In this document: piece by piece, positions 20,795 through 32,229 of the stretch
Position numbering within the stretch: position 1 is the stretch's first letter
Layout of the letters: every line of letters begins with the position of its first letter
NCBI RefSeq assembly: GCF_000372725.1
Contig: NW_005201792.1
Location: forward strand, 685,440 to 749,439
Direction of reading: 5' to 3'
DNA from: Emiliania huxleyi CCMP1516
Lineage: Eukaryota
Length of the DNA: 64,000 bases
Program-made: the position numbers and the translations under genes
The notes under the pieces: generated by a model
The model's input: the letters and a program-made list of their open reading frames with translations, nothing else
Told to the model about the DNA's origin: nothing
Database searches by the model: none

Positions 20795-21023
20795 AGGCTC
20801 CTCTGGGTGCAGAGGGCACAGCTAGAGCCTCCCACAGTTATGGAATCTGTAGATGCCAACAGCCGGCGTCCGGGAAGACGGCGTCGCTGTCCCTTGTCGG
20901 AGACAGTCGACGAAATTTTTTTCCGGCGTGGATTTTTCGCCGCCGCTTCGGTTTCTTTCTACTCCTTTTGCACGCCGCTGCAACACGGACGCCGCGGCCC
21001 ATCAGCCTTGGATTGCAGCTTGG

Positions 21024-23637
21024 ATGGACGCCTTTGACGCCGCCTTCGGGCCGGCACCGGCCGCACCGCCCGCTCCTGCCGGCGACGCCTTCGCCGACGC
21101 CTTCGGCTCGGCGCCGGCGCCGGCGGCGCCGCAGCCAGCTGCGACTGCTGCCGCAGCGCCCGACGACGCCTTCGCTTCCGCATTCGGGCCGCCTCCGCCC
21201 GCCGTCGACGCGGATCCCTTCGCCGCTCTCGGCGCCGCGGCGAGCTCCGCGCCCTCGGGCGAGCGCGATAGCATCGCCGCCGGGGAGTCGTCGCCATTTT
21301 CCTGCGCATTTGGCACGCCGGCATCCACGCCAGCCGCTGCTCCTGCCTCTGCTGCGGACGACGCCTTTGCGTGCGCGTTCGCATCCACGGCTGCTGCCCC
21401 GTCCGTCGCGCCTGCCGCCGCCCCGCTGCTCGATCTCTCTCCCGAAGCGCTGGTCAGCACGCCTTCCGGCCCAGCGGAGCACGCTGCTGCTCTCGCCGGC
21501 GGACCGCTCGGCAGCCTTGCGGCGAGCGGGCCGCAGCAGGCTCCGCTCGCCTCAATCCCCGCCACCCCGGCGACCGACAGCCCGATGGGAGACCTTCTGG
21601 GCCTGGAGCTCGCTCCGACCCCCGCAGCAGCCACCGGCGCAGCAGCCACCGGCGCAGCAGCCACCGGCGCAGCAGCCACCGGCCTCGGGCCGGGCGGCGC
21701 GGCTCCTCTTGGCGCGGATGGCGCTCTGTCGACGCCGCTCGCCGCGCCGGTCGCCGCGCCGGCCGCAGCAGCGCCGTCCTTTGCGACCGCGGCGGAGGAC
21801 AGCCTAGCGAAACTCCTCGGCACGACGCCCACACGTGCCGCCGCGCCGCCCGCCGCGCCGCCCGCCGGACCAGCCGTGCCTGCCGCCGCGCCCGCCGTGC
21901 CTGCCGCCGCGCCCGCCGTGCCTGCCGCCGCGCCCGCCGTGCCTGCCGCGGCACCGCCCGCTGCATCCTCCTCCGCCTCGTCCAACGTGCCGCCGCCAAC
22001 CTCATCGTCCAGTGCGCCCGCGCTGCCCGCGCTGTCCGCGCCGTTGCCGCCCCTGGATTCGGAGGCATTTGCGGAAACCGGTTTCGTCGCGGAGGCGGGG
22101 TTCGACGGTGGGTTCGACGGTGGCGGCTTTGGGGACGGAGGCTTTGCCGCTACGCCAGCTGCCGCGCCGTTCGAGGATGGCGGCTTCGGCGACGGTGACT
22201 TTGGCGGCGGCGGCTTCGGCGGCGGCGGCTTCGACGGCGGCGATGGCTTCGGCGGCGATGGCTTCGGCAGCGGCAGCGGTGAGGGCGGTAGCGGCTTCGG
22301 TGGCGGCTTTGGTGGTGGTGGTGAGGGCGGCGGCGGCTTTGAGGCCGGGGACGGCTTCGGCGACGGCGGTTTTGGCGGTAGTGATGGTGATGGCGGCGGC
22401 TTCGGCGGCGGCTTCGGCGGCGGCGGCTTCGGCGGCGGCTTCGGCGGCGGGGATTTCGCCGCTGCGCCAGCCGCTGCGCCGCCTGCAGCTGCTTTTGGAA
22501 GCGCTAGCGACGACAACAACGGCACGCGCGGGCAGGGCTCCTCCACGCGTCGCACCCGCTCCGCCACGCGCGGCGCTGTGACCGTCTCGGCGCTTCGGGC
22601 CGACGAGCGCGCAAAGTACACCCAGGTGTTTCGCGGCTTCAGCAAGGGGGCGGACGGCAGAGTGGGCGGCGCAGAGACGCGCGCCTTCATGGCTCGCTCC
22701 AAGCTCCCGCCGCACGAGATCGACGCCATCGTGGCGATCGCGGACGTCGACCGCTCTGGGCTGCTCGACGAGGACGAGTTTTGCGTCGCGATGCACCTCG
22801 TCACAAAGCGCAAGAAGGGGGAGCCGCTCCCCCCCCCGCCGGCCGGCGGCGGCGCGGGCGGCGCGGGCGCGGCGCGCGAGCTGCGCGCGGAGCGGGCGAG
22901 GCTCGGCGCGGCGGAGGAGGCGCTCGCCGAGGCGCAGAGGGACCGCGAGAAGACGGCGGTGGAGGCGGCGGGTCTGCGAAAGGAGGTCGAGCTCGTGCGC
23001 GTCCGGCGCGCGGCGTACGGAAAAGAGCAGCGCGAGTGCGTGCGGCAGCTGGAGTCGGCACAGGCGCAGGCGGCCGAGTACGGCGCCGAGCTGTCCGAGA
23101 AGCGCGCCGAGCTGGCGGCGCTGCAGTCCTCCCTCGACACGCTCGCGTCCGACGTGGCCGCCGCAGAGGAGCGCGTGCGCGCCAAGCTGCGGGCGATGGA
23201 CTCGGAGCAGGCGGAGGAGGCCTCGCGCGAGGAGGGGACGGCGCTCAAGGAGAAGCAGCTCGCCCTCCTCGAGGAGGGGCTGGCCTCCTCGCGCCGCACG
23301 GCGCCCGCGACGCGTCGAGGCCGCGCCGCCCACGTCCACGCTCCACGCTCCACGACACTCTTGTAGGCGCCTGCGCGCGTCGAGCTCGCGCAGCTACGGG
23401 CGGAGGGGCCGCTGCTCCGCCAGCCGGCCGAGTCCGCCACGTCGTCGAAGAGCTTTGCGCGCGTCAGCTCCGTCTCCACTTCGTCGGCGGAGCTCGTGGC
23501 GGCCGACGGCGAGCTCGACGAGGGCGTCTTCATCAAGGGCTCGCTCACCGAGGGCCGCTGCGCCGCTCCCTCCGAGCTCGCCTCGCCGGCGCGGTCCCCG
23601 CCGCTGGCGGCGACTCCCGCCACGAACCCGGCGGCGA

Positions 23638-23687
<50 letters not shown>

Positions 23688-24529
23688 AGCGGCGATCGCT
23701 CGGCCGGGGCGGGCGAGGCGGGCGGCGCCACGCAGGGCGTGCCGCCGTCTCTCGAATGCGTCGACCCGACGTCGCCGCTGAGCTCAAACGAGACGGTGAC
23801 GCCCTCCCTCTTCTCGCCGCTGCCGCCGTCCGCGCTGCAGGAGGGTTGGTTCGAGGCGTCGGACGAGCACGGGCGCGTCTACTACTACAACGAGTCGGGC
23901 GAGACGACGTGGGAGCCGCCGCTCGCCCAGCCGCGCGAGGGCGTGGGCGGCGAGGCGGGGGCGGCGGAGGAGGAGGAGGAGGAGGTCGACCAGGAGGCGG
24001 TCGAGCAGCCTCCGCCCTCCGCCGTCTCGCCTGCCGACGTCACGGGCGGCGACTTCGGGACCGACTTTGGGGGCGACGACGGCGCTTTCGGCGGCGGCTC
24101 TGACGGCGGCGGGGGCGGCGGAGCGTTCGACAATCCGGACGAATTCACAGCAGACGGCGAGTTCGGGGGCGACGCGTTTGGGGGCGAGGACAGCTTTGGC
24201 GGAGGCTTCGACGAGGCTGGAGGCGGCCTCGAGGCACGCCCGCGCCTCCCTCGCCGAGGCGTGTCCTCATCTCCGCCTCAGCGGACCCCTTCTCGCACCC
24301 CTTCTCGTTGTAGGCGCCCGACGGATTCGGGGACGGGTTTAGCGCCGCCGAGCAGGTCGGCGTTGGCGGCGAGCAGGATGGCTTAAGCAACGAGACGCCG
24401 GCCGCCGACCCGCACGCGGAGCTAATCGCGCAGCTGGTGCAGCTCGGCTTCTCGCAGGAGGTTGCGAGAGCGGAGCTGGAGAAGTTTGACTGGAACGTTG
24501 AGTCGGCGGCGAATGCGCTTCTCGGTTAG
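21024..24529 (+). CDS. Eps15/Ede1-like endocytic adaptor: DAF/DPF and GF repeats, EH domain, coiled coil, WW, C-terminal UBA
   Basis: EH: YTQVF...ADVDRSGLLDEDEFCVAMHLV. WW: GWFEASDEHGRVYYYN..GETTWEPP. UBA: LVQLGFS...WNVESAANALLG*. Introns near 23.3 kb and 24.25 kb. Confidence 0.85.
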
Positions 24530-24806
24530 TCTTGTAGGGGCCCGTGTCGTGACCATTGTCTGTGATTCCCGGATGTCGGCGAGCTGGGGAGGTCTGGGGA
24601 GCTCTTCTGGGAGAGAGGGGGCTCTATCGCCGCCCACTGTCTCAAGGGGTTCTTATCGCGGCCGCCACTGTCTCGCTCGGGCCCGCGCGGGGGGGGGTCT
24701 CGTCCCCCCTCCGACCCGCGTTCTTACTTTAGCGCACATTTTTTGTTGATATACAATTGGGGAGCACGTGTACTCGCGTGACACACGTGAGAGTATTAGA
24801 CCACAC

Positions 24807-26986
24807 CTAGCTTCCTCCGCGCAGGCCCGCGAGCGCCTCTAGTACGCCGCGGCGGATCGCCGGCCGCAGCACGAGGTAGCCATGCACCGCGCCCTCGTGT
24901 ACCGCGACCCGCAAGCCGGGGCGCGGCGGAGGCGGCGCAGCGCACGGCGGGGGTGGCGCGGCGCGCGGCGAGGGCGGCGCGCTGGCTTGCCTCCCTCTCG
25001 CGGCCTCCTCCGCCTCGAGCGCGCGCTGCACCTCGCCGGAGGGGACGATGGCGTCGCGCTCGGAGAGGAGGACCGCCGCTTCGCAGTCGAGCTCCGACGG
25101 GTGGAGGACGTAGTGCGACCACCAGAACTCGCGCCGGAAGCAGGTCTGCATGCCCGGCTCGGTGGTGATCATGCGGTGGAGGGCGAGCTGGAACCACTTG
25201 GAGGGGCGCCACCTGTGAGGGGGAACCAAGCTGTGAGGGCCCGCCCGCCAGATGTGTGTCCGACGGAGACGGAACAGAAGACCAGGTGCGGTGCAGCGCG
25301 GGCTGGCGGTAGAGGAAGTTGTAGAGCACGTCTCTCCGGTAGAGCAGGAAGCAGACCTAGCGGTCGATGACTCAGACTCAAGAGTCAAGGATTAAGCCTC
25401 TCCGGTAGAGCAGGAAGCTGACCGGGTCGACGAAGAGCGCCGCGCGCACGAGCTGCGGCCGCGCCTTCAGGAGCGCCGCGAGCGAGGCGGTGCCCATCGA
25501 GTGCGCGACAAACGTGGCCGCGGGAGGGGCCTTGGGCAGCGGCGCGGGCTCGGCGGCCGGCTCGGCGGCGGCCGCCTTGGCGGCGGTCGCCCTGGCGGCG
25601 GCGGGCGGCGCGTGCTGTGCGAGCATCTCCTCGACGGCGGCGGCGAGGGCGGTGGCGGGGAGGGGCGGCGGCGAGGAGAGGGTCGGGACGCCGAGCGAGC
25701 ACGAGGGGAAGAGGGGCACGTAGAGGGGCGCCGCGTGCTCGGCGGCGAGGGCGAGGCAGAGGGGCAGGTAGCCGACGATGCCTCCCACGCCGTGCATCAG
25801 CACGATCGGCTCCTGCGCCTCGCCGCCCGCCGCCGCGGCCAGGCGCCAGTACTCGACCCCTCCCGCCGCGAGCCTCTGGAAGCCGCGCAGCGAGAGGAGC
25901 AGCTCGACGAGGCGAGCCGCCGCCAGCGCGCCGACGTAGAAGAGGAGCGGCTTGTGCACCTGAGTTATACCAATCCAGGTCGGTCAGCTATGAGAAAGAC
26001 TTGTGCAGCTGGGAGTAATGTGAGATTAGGCTTGTGCAGCTGAGTTATACCAATCCAGGTCGGTCAACTATGAGAAAGACTTGTGCAGCTGGGAGTAATG
26101 TGAGATAGGCTTGTGCAGCTGAGTTATACCAATCCAGGTCGGTCAGCTATGAGAAAGACTTGTGCAGCTGGGAGTAATGTGAGATAGGCTTGTGCAGCTG
26201 AGCCCACGGCGTATGAGCGGTCGGCCGCCTCCGGCCCGATCATCTCGGCGGATCTCGGCGGATCTCGGGGCTATCTCGCCTTCTCGAGTCCTCCGAGCGT
26301 GTGCCGCATGCACGTGAGGGAGGGGTCCGTCCCGCCCGCGTACCGCGCGCCGCGCTTCCGCTCGAGAGCGCGCAAGATGTCCTCCGCCACGCCGAGCTGC
26401 GGCCGCGTCGCCGCCGCCACGTCCACGTTGTAAAGCGTCCACACGATCAGCTGCAGCACGTTGCCTATCGAACAAGTCCCGCACGCGTCCACGACGCGTC
26501 TAGCGTTCCACTGGCCACGAGCTGCGACGCGCTGCCGGCGCGCGGCTCCCCGCCGGTGGGGCCGACGGGGGAGGCGACCAGCGGGTGCAGCTTCTGGCGC
26601 TCGCGCTCGCCGTCCGGGTCGATGAACCAACCCCGTACCATGTCGTCCACGCTCTCGGCGGGCTCGGCGGTCAGGATGTGCCTCCAGAAGGCCTGCACCT
26701 CGGCCGGGTCGGCCGCCGGGTCGTGCGTCCGGTGGCCGGAGGCGGATCGCGCGCGCAGGAAGCGCCGCACGTGCAGCGCAAAGGCGAGCTCGAGCAGCGG
26801 CCACAGCAGCACGTACAGCGGTAGCAGCAGCCAGAGCCGGCGACCGAGCACCGCGAAGGCCGCATTCATCCAGCCGCCTCTGTCGGCACCCGCGTCGTCG
26901 TCGTCAGAAGCGCTGCGCGCCGCCTCGCACACGCACTCGTCGCGGAGTGGCAGCTCCAGCGGCGGCGGCTGGCTGGTGCGGGCCAT
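24807..26986 (-). CDS. Alpha/beta-hydrolase fold protein with N-terminal TM segment (multi-exon)
   Basis: PIVLMHGVGG, nucleophile elbow AHSMG, FVDPVCFLLY..DVLYNFLYR, LSERDAIVP, and HG near the C-terminus. Confidence 0.85.
25949..26202. repeat. 79-80 bp tandem repeat x3 in a hydrolase intron; each unit begins with a copy of the acceptor/exon edge
   Basis: Units at ~25950, 26030 and 26109, plus a partial unit at 26188 (GGCTTGTGCA[C/G]CTGAG...). Confidence 0.9.
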
Positions 26987-27497
26987 CGAAGTAGGGAACG
27001 CGAGGGGGCCGTGCGAGGACTTCAGTCCGGCGCGAGGCACTTTCACGTACTCGAGTAAACGTGAAATGAGCCCACGGCTCTACTAGGATGTGGCCTTGAG
27101 TTATGTGTACGCCAACTCAGGGTGTGTGGCAGCCAGCTGGCTGTGTGTCTTGTGAGCTTGTTTGTGCCTGTGTGTCGTTCGTGCGTGTCGTCATCATCTG
27201 TCTTGCGTCCACCCATACCGCGTTGGTGTCCACACACTCCTCTCCTTAAAATCCCTGCGTGGTGGCGTGCCGTCCTCCCATCCCTCCCTTGGGAGGTCGA
27301 TTTCTTTCTTTCTTTTTATCGCAGCGGTAGACGCGCCCAAAGCCTCCGAATGCAAATAGAGAAAAGAAGAAAAAAAACGGGAGCTGTCCCATCTCTCGCT
27401 TGGCAGGTCACTTTCTTTCTTTTTGTCCAGCGCCAAGGCGCTCCGACAGCGCCCGGGCCAAGCACTAGGAGTTGGCGAGCTCCAACAGCTCACCATC

Positions 27498-29461
27498 ATG
27501 CGCAGCCTTCTGATTGCAGCTACGTTCCTCTGCGGAGGTGCAATCGCGCAGGGCACTTCCAAGCTCTACCCTCCCGGGTGGAACAAGGAGGCCACGAAGC
27601 CGCCGATGGGCTGGCGAAGTTGGAATGCCTTTGGGAACCGGATTGATGAGAAGACATTCGAGGCGGCGGTCGATGCCATCACAGCCCGCGTTTGGAACGA
27701 ACCCAAGGTGTCGCTGGCCGACGCCGGCTATGTCAGGGTGGGCATCGACGAGGGATGGTGAGCGCCGTACATCATGGTCCCACGAGGTCACACACACCGT
27801 CCCACCCAAGGGCGCACCCGCCTCCCGCCTCGCCCAGACGGCCCGCCGCTCATCGCCCTGCTTTTTTTGCAGGGAGAACTGCAGCGGCACGGATCCGGCC
27901 GGCGGCATGCGGCAGCACGACGAGGCGGGCTTCCCTCTCATCAACGTCGAGCGGTTCCCCGACATGAAGAGGCTGGTCGCGTATGGCCATTCCAAGGGCG
28001 TCAAGATGGGCTGGTACCTGAACGGCTGCGCGTGCGGAGAGGCGAAGGAGCGGCTCCCAAACTACCGCGGCGACGTGCAGCGTCTGGCCGAGTTTGGCTT
28101 CGACGCGGTCAAAATCGACGGCTGCGGCGCCGCGACAAACATGACCTACTACGCGCAGCTAATGGCCGCCACAAACAAGACGTACGAGATTGAAAACTGC
28201 CACTGGGGCGTGTGCGGCGCCGACCGCAAGTTCCACAACCCGGACGGCGCTCCCCCCCCCCCCCACCCACCACCACCACACACACACACACACGCCCCGC
28301 CTCGCACGCCGCGCCGCGGCCTCCGTCTCCACCGCCCATCCACACACGCCTCCCCGGCGCCTCGTCCCCGAGAGAGGAGAGGCTCACCCAAGCCCCAGCC
28401 CTGCACCCTAGGCGCCTCGTGTCCGACGGAGGGGTGGTGCCCCTTCAACCACTTCCGCACGAGCGGCGACATCAACGCGGGGCCCATGTCTTGGTTCGCC
28501 AACCTCCAGACCACGGTCCGCAGCCCCGGCCTGGCCCCGACCCCTGCGCCCCAAACCGAGCCATCACTCCGCCGGACCCTGAGCTGGCTCTCTGCCTCCG
28601 AGTCGCCCCCTTTGGCCCGCAGGTCCGCTTCCTCGACGCGAGCGCGCCCCTCTCGCGGCCCTCCTGCTGGGCCTACCCCGACATGTGCGCACGCACGCGC
28701 AGCCCCTGCTGCTCGTCTGCTCGTGATCTCGACGGAGAGCGTGAGACGCGAGGCGGGTGGCTGTGTGGCGTGGATGAGACGCGCCTCTCTCGCGCGCAGG
28801 CTCGAGGTCGGGCGCGTGCAGGGTGCGAGCTTCGCGTGGCAGCGGGCCCACTTTGGCGCGTGGTGCGTCGTCTCTGCGCCGCTCGTGCTCGGCCTCGACC
28901 TGACCGACACCGCGAACCTCGCTTCTGTCGTCCCGATCGTCACCAACCCGGAGGCCATCGCAGTCAACCAGCAGTGGGCGGGACACCCCGGCCGCCTCGT
29001 CGCGCAGTTCGACCCGCCCGCCGCACCGCCCGCTGCACCGGCGCCCGCCGTCCGCCGCCGCGCCTTCTCGGCCGGCGAGGCTTCGGCCGGCGAGGGGAGG
29101 CCAGCTGGCGAGGCGGCGCTGCCGTCTGCGGCCAAGGCAAAGGTGCAGGTGTGGGCGAAGCCGCAGCCGAAGGGCACGGTGGCGGTGTACGTCGTCAACC
29201 CGGCCGCGTCGGGCAACGCTGCCCGCGTGTCTGTCGGCTTCGAGGCGCTCGGCCTCGCCGCGACCTCCGCGAGCGTGCGCTGCCCGCGGGCGGGAGGCGC
29301 GAGGCCGGGCGGAGGCGTCCGTGACACGCCACGGACGTGTCCCATAGGTGCGCGACTTGTGGGCGAGGCAGGAGGCGGGCCACACCAAGGGCGCGACGCT
29401 CACCGTCGAGGTCGCGCCCCTCGACTCGGCCTTCCTGCTCCTCACGCCCGCAGCAGCGTGA
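27498..29461 (+). CDS. Secreted GH27 alpha-galactosidase/melibiase (multi-exon)
   Basis: Signal peptide; PPMGWRSWN, IDEGW, VKIDGC, FRTSGDI, WAYPDM|LEVG, AHFGAWC, EAIAVNQ, QVWAKP. Confidence 0.93.
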
Positions 29462-29626
29462 GCCAGTGCGCGCGCCACCCCCGTCCAAGCGCCAGTCTGG
29501 GCAACGGTGACTCGAGAGTCCGCTCACACGTTTTTGGCTGTTTGCAAAAGAAAGAAAGAAAGAAAACGGACATCCTTTGGCCTGTTTGTGAACTTCTTTT
29601 ACTTAAAACCAGTTTCTTTTTCTGTA

Positions 29627-29712
29627 GCTAAGTGCAGCGTCCGAAGGGCCTCACACTCTGCGCTGTTCGCTAAGTGCAGCGTCCGAAGGGCCTCACACTC
29701 TGCGCTTGTTCG
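29627..29712. repeat. 43-bp tandem duplication
   Basis: GCTAAGTGCAGCGTCCGAAGGGCCTCACACTCTGCGCT... occurs twice. Confidence 0.85.
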
Positions 29713-29739
29713 CTACAGGGTTCGCTCCCGCGCCGTCCC

Positions 29740-30165
29740 ATGCTGCGGGACGAGTACGGCGCGGTGAGCGACCCGAAGCGGCTCTCGAGCGACCATCCAA
29801 GTGATCCCAAGCGGCCGCCCTCGGTGACGCTCTGCATCGGCTCGAGCCCGCCGACTCGGGCTGGCCGAGGCGGCCCGGCCGTCCGCCGCGTGCGGCGCGT
29901 GCATGGGTCGAGTAGCATCTTTGACTCGGAGTTCTGGACGATCGAGCGCCTGACTGCGGCGGTGGCGCTACCACTCCTCGGCGCCACCGTGCCCTGGGCC
30001 TCTCTCACGCCCGAGTCCGTCCCTACCCGGCGGCAGGTTGGAGTCGTGTTCCTCACGGTCAACTTCGTCGTGCTCAGCTACTGGCTGCCTCATCCGCACG
30101 TCCACCTGCCGCACCTGCACTTGCCGCACCTGCCGCAGGCGCGCGGCCCCCGCAATAAAGAATAG
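29740..30165 (+). CDS. Small hypothetical membrane protein with a His/Pro-rich tail
   Basis: ATG at 29740, two hydrophobic segments, possible short in-frame intron near 30000-30036, LPHLH repeats. Confidence 0.4.
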   Translation: MLRDEYGAVSDPKRLSSDHPSDPKRPPSVTLCIGSSPPTRAGRGGPAVRRVRRVHGSSSIFDSEFWTIERLTAAVALPLLGATVPWASLTPESVPTRRQVGVVFLTVNFVVLSYWLPHPHVHLPHLHLPHLPQARGPRNKE

Positions 30166-31441
30166 TCGGACGAAGGAGTGCCAAGCCCGAGCCTCCCTCC
30201 CCACGGGCGCAGATGCCTCGACGCCGAACCAGCTCGGCTCTGCTTGCGGCCAAGCCGCCCGCGATGGACGACGGCGCAGCAGAGCGTGGCCCCAGCTTCG
30301 GAGAGCCGGCACCGGGAAGAGAAGAGGTGGGCGCAGGCGGCGACAATGGCGCGGAGGAGGGCGCGGGCGACGCGGGCGCGGGCGCCGGCCGTCGCCTGCA
30401 GCAGGGCGACGGAGAGGATGGTGGTGCCGCAGGGGATGCAGATGAGGGCGCGACGCGAGCTGTGCGCGCCGGTGGGAGCGACGGGACCACAGGCGATCCG
30501 ACGACTTGAATTTTGCGCGTTCCGAAACGACTCTTTTTTTGTGTGTGTGTCTCGTTTTGTCGTCGTGACGCGCATGTCGCCCTTTTCTCTGTTTTGTCTT
30601 TTGAGACGCCTTCGTTCGGCAAGCTATCCTACGTCATTTCACGCCAAGCGCCCAGCACCCAGCATTTGTAAAAGTAAACAGAATGAACGGAAAGAAATCG
30701 CGGCCGCACTTGCGGACTTGGAGCACTTGGAGTGCAGTTTCACGAGAGTCAGCAACCGCACAGGTCCACGTCCAGGGCCGGGTGGCTAAGAGAAAACCCG
30801 ACTTTCTTCTTGCTTGGAATGTGGGGGCGCAGTTAATTAGGCGCAGTACTACGACGCGAAGTGGGTCAAGAAAGCTGGTGCTCCGTGGAAACTTTGGGTG
30901 GGATTGCGCCGCCCACCAAGCACAGTTCCTCCACGTGTTCGGCTCTTCGGCAAGGAAGCGCGGGGCACCAATACGGACCGGACGGTGTACGTACGGGGCG
31001 GCGTCGGCGAGCGCCTCCTCCTTTGTCGTCCACCACACGCAGCAGGATCTCCATGGCGGCGGTGGCGGGCGACGCCGAGAACATCAACAAGCAGGCGCGC
31101 AATACGCGTGCCGACTGGGTCAAATCCCCTGGCTGGGCGTGCCAAATGGGTCAACGACGTCAAGAACAAGCAAGCGGCAGACGTCCACTTATCCTTGGCC
31201 CCAGTGGGGGGCGCCCACGCCGCCTAGCTCTGTGCGGGCGGGCCCCTCCACCCTTCACGTACGGATCATGTTCATGTAGTCCCCACAATCGCTGTCGTGG
31301 GATCGCAGCTTGTCCTCCAGTGAGGGGAGGGCGAGACGATCGAGGGGTCCCGTACCACCACGCGGAATCGACCCTATCTAGTGCTCGGCGTGACAGAGTT
31401 CTTCTCTCTTGCTTCCGGAAGAGCAGTCCTCAATCGTCACG

Positions 31442-32017
31442 CACAGCAAAACTACGAGCATGGTAACGGGGCTCGTTACGGGCCCTCGAGCTCGTAGGAC
31501 CGACCTCGTAGGACCTACGAGCTCGAAGCTGGTAAACCAGCCTTGTAACGAGCCTGGATACGACCCGGCGCAGCAAAATGGGGTTTTAAGATACGCGACA
31601 GCCTCTTCAAACCCATTCAAAGCAACAAAACACACAACGAACACGAATCAAAAGTACGCTGCTGCGCCTGCCCAATTACGAGCCGTGTTACGAGCACCTC
31701 GTAAGCCAGCAGCAAAACGGCTCAGCAGGTTGGCGCACACAACGCATCTCGACTCATCTCGGCTCATCTCAGCTCATCTCGGCTCATCTCGGCTCATCTC
31801 GGCTCTCGGCTCATCTCGGCGTTGTGTGTTTTGTTGCTTTGAATGGGTTCGAAGAGGCTGTCGCGTATCTTAAAACCCCATTTTGCTGCGCCGGGTCGTA
31901 TCCAGGCTCGTTACAAGGCTGGTTTACCAGCTTCGAGCTCGTAGGTCCTACGAGGTCGGTCCTACGAGCTCGAGGGCCCGTAACGAGCCCCGTTACCATG
32001 CTCGTAGTTTTGCTGTG
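31442..32017. mobile_element. Non-autonomous CACTA/CMC-type MITE with ~200-bp TIRs
   Basis: Ends CACAGCAAAA / TTTTGCTGTG with 2-bp TSD CG. Arms 31442-31639 and 31820-32017 differ by one mismatch. Subterminal TACGAG motifs. Confidence 0.88.
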
Positions 32018-32229
32018 CGTAGAGGTCGCTGGGCTGGATCCATCCATCGAACTGCCACACACCTGGAGCGGAGGCACACATGCATTTTGAGCAAGGGCCG
32101 GGGAGTGGAGAAAAGCGCACCCAGCGGGCCGCGGGGCCGGATGATCGGCATCGGGTTACGGGCTAGAGTGCCCTAGCCCTGGGGCGCCGAGGGATTTGTT
32201 TTCCTGCGGAGGCTCTTCGTGTCGAAGTC

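Noticed and set aside
21002..23731. 909-aa antisense ORF and many similar long ORFs
   Set aside because: Mirror frames of GC-rich genes; stop codons are rare at this composition.
25949..26202. Possible CRISPR array (also 5330-5553)
   Set aside because: Whole units repeat without unique spacers, there are no cas genes, and the context is a eukaryotic intron.
30683..31300. Short ORFs between repeat modules
   Set aside because: No recognisable domain or consistent gene structure.
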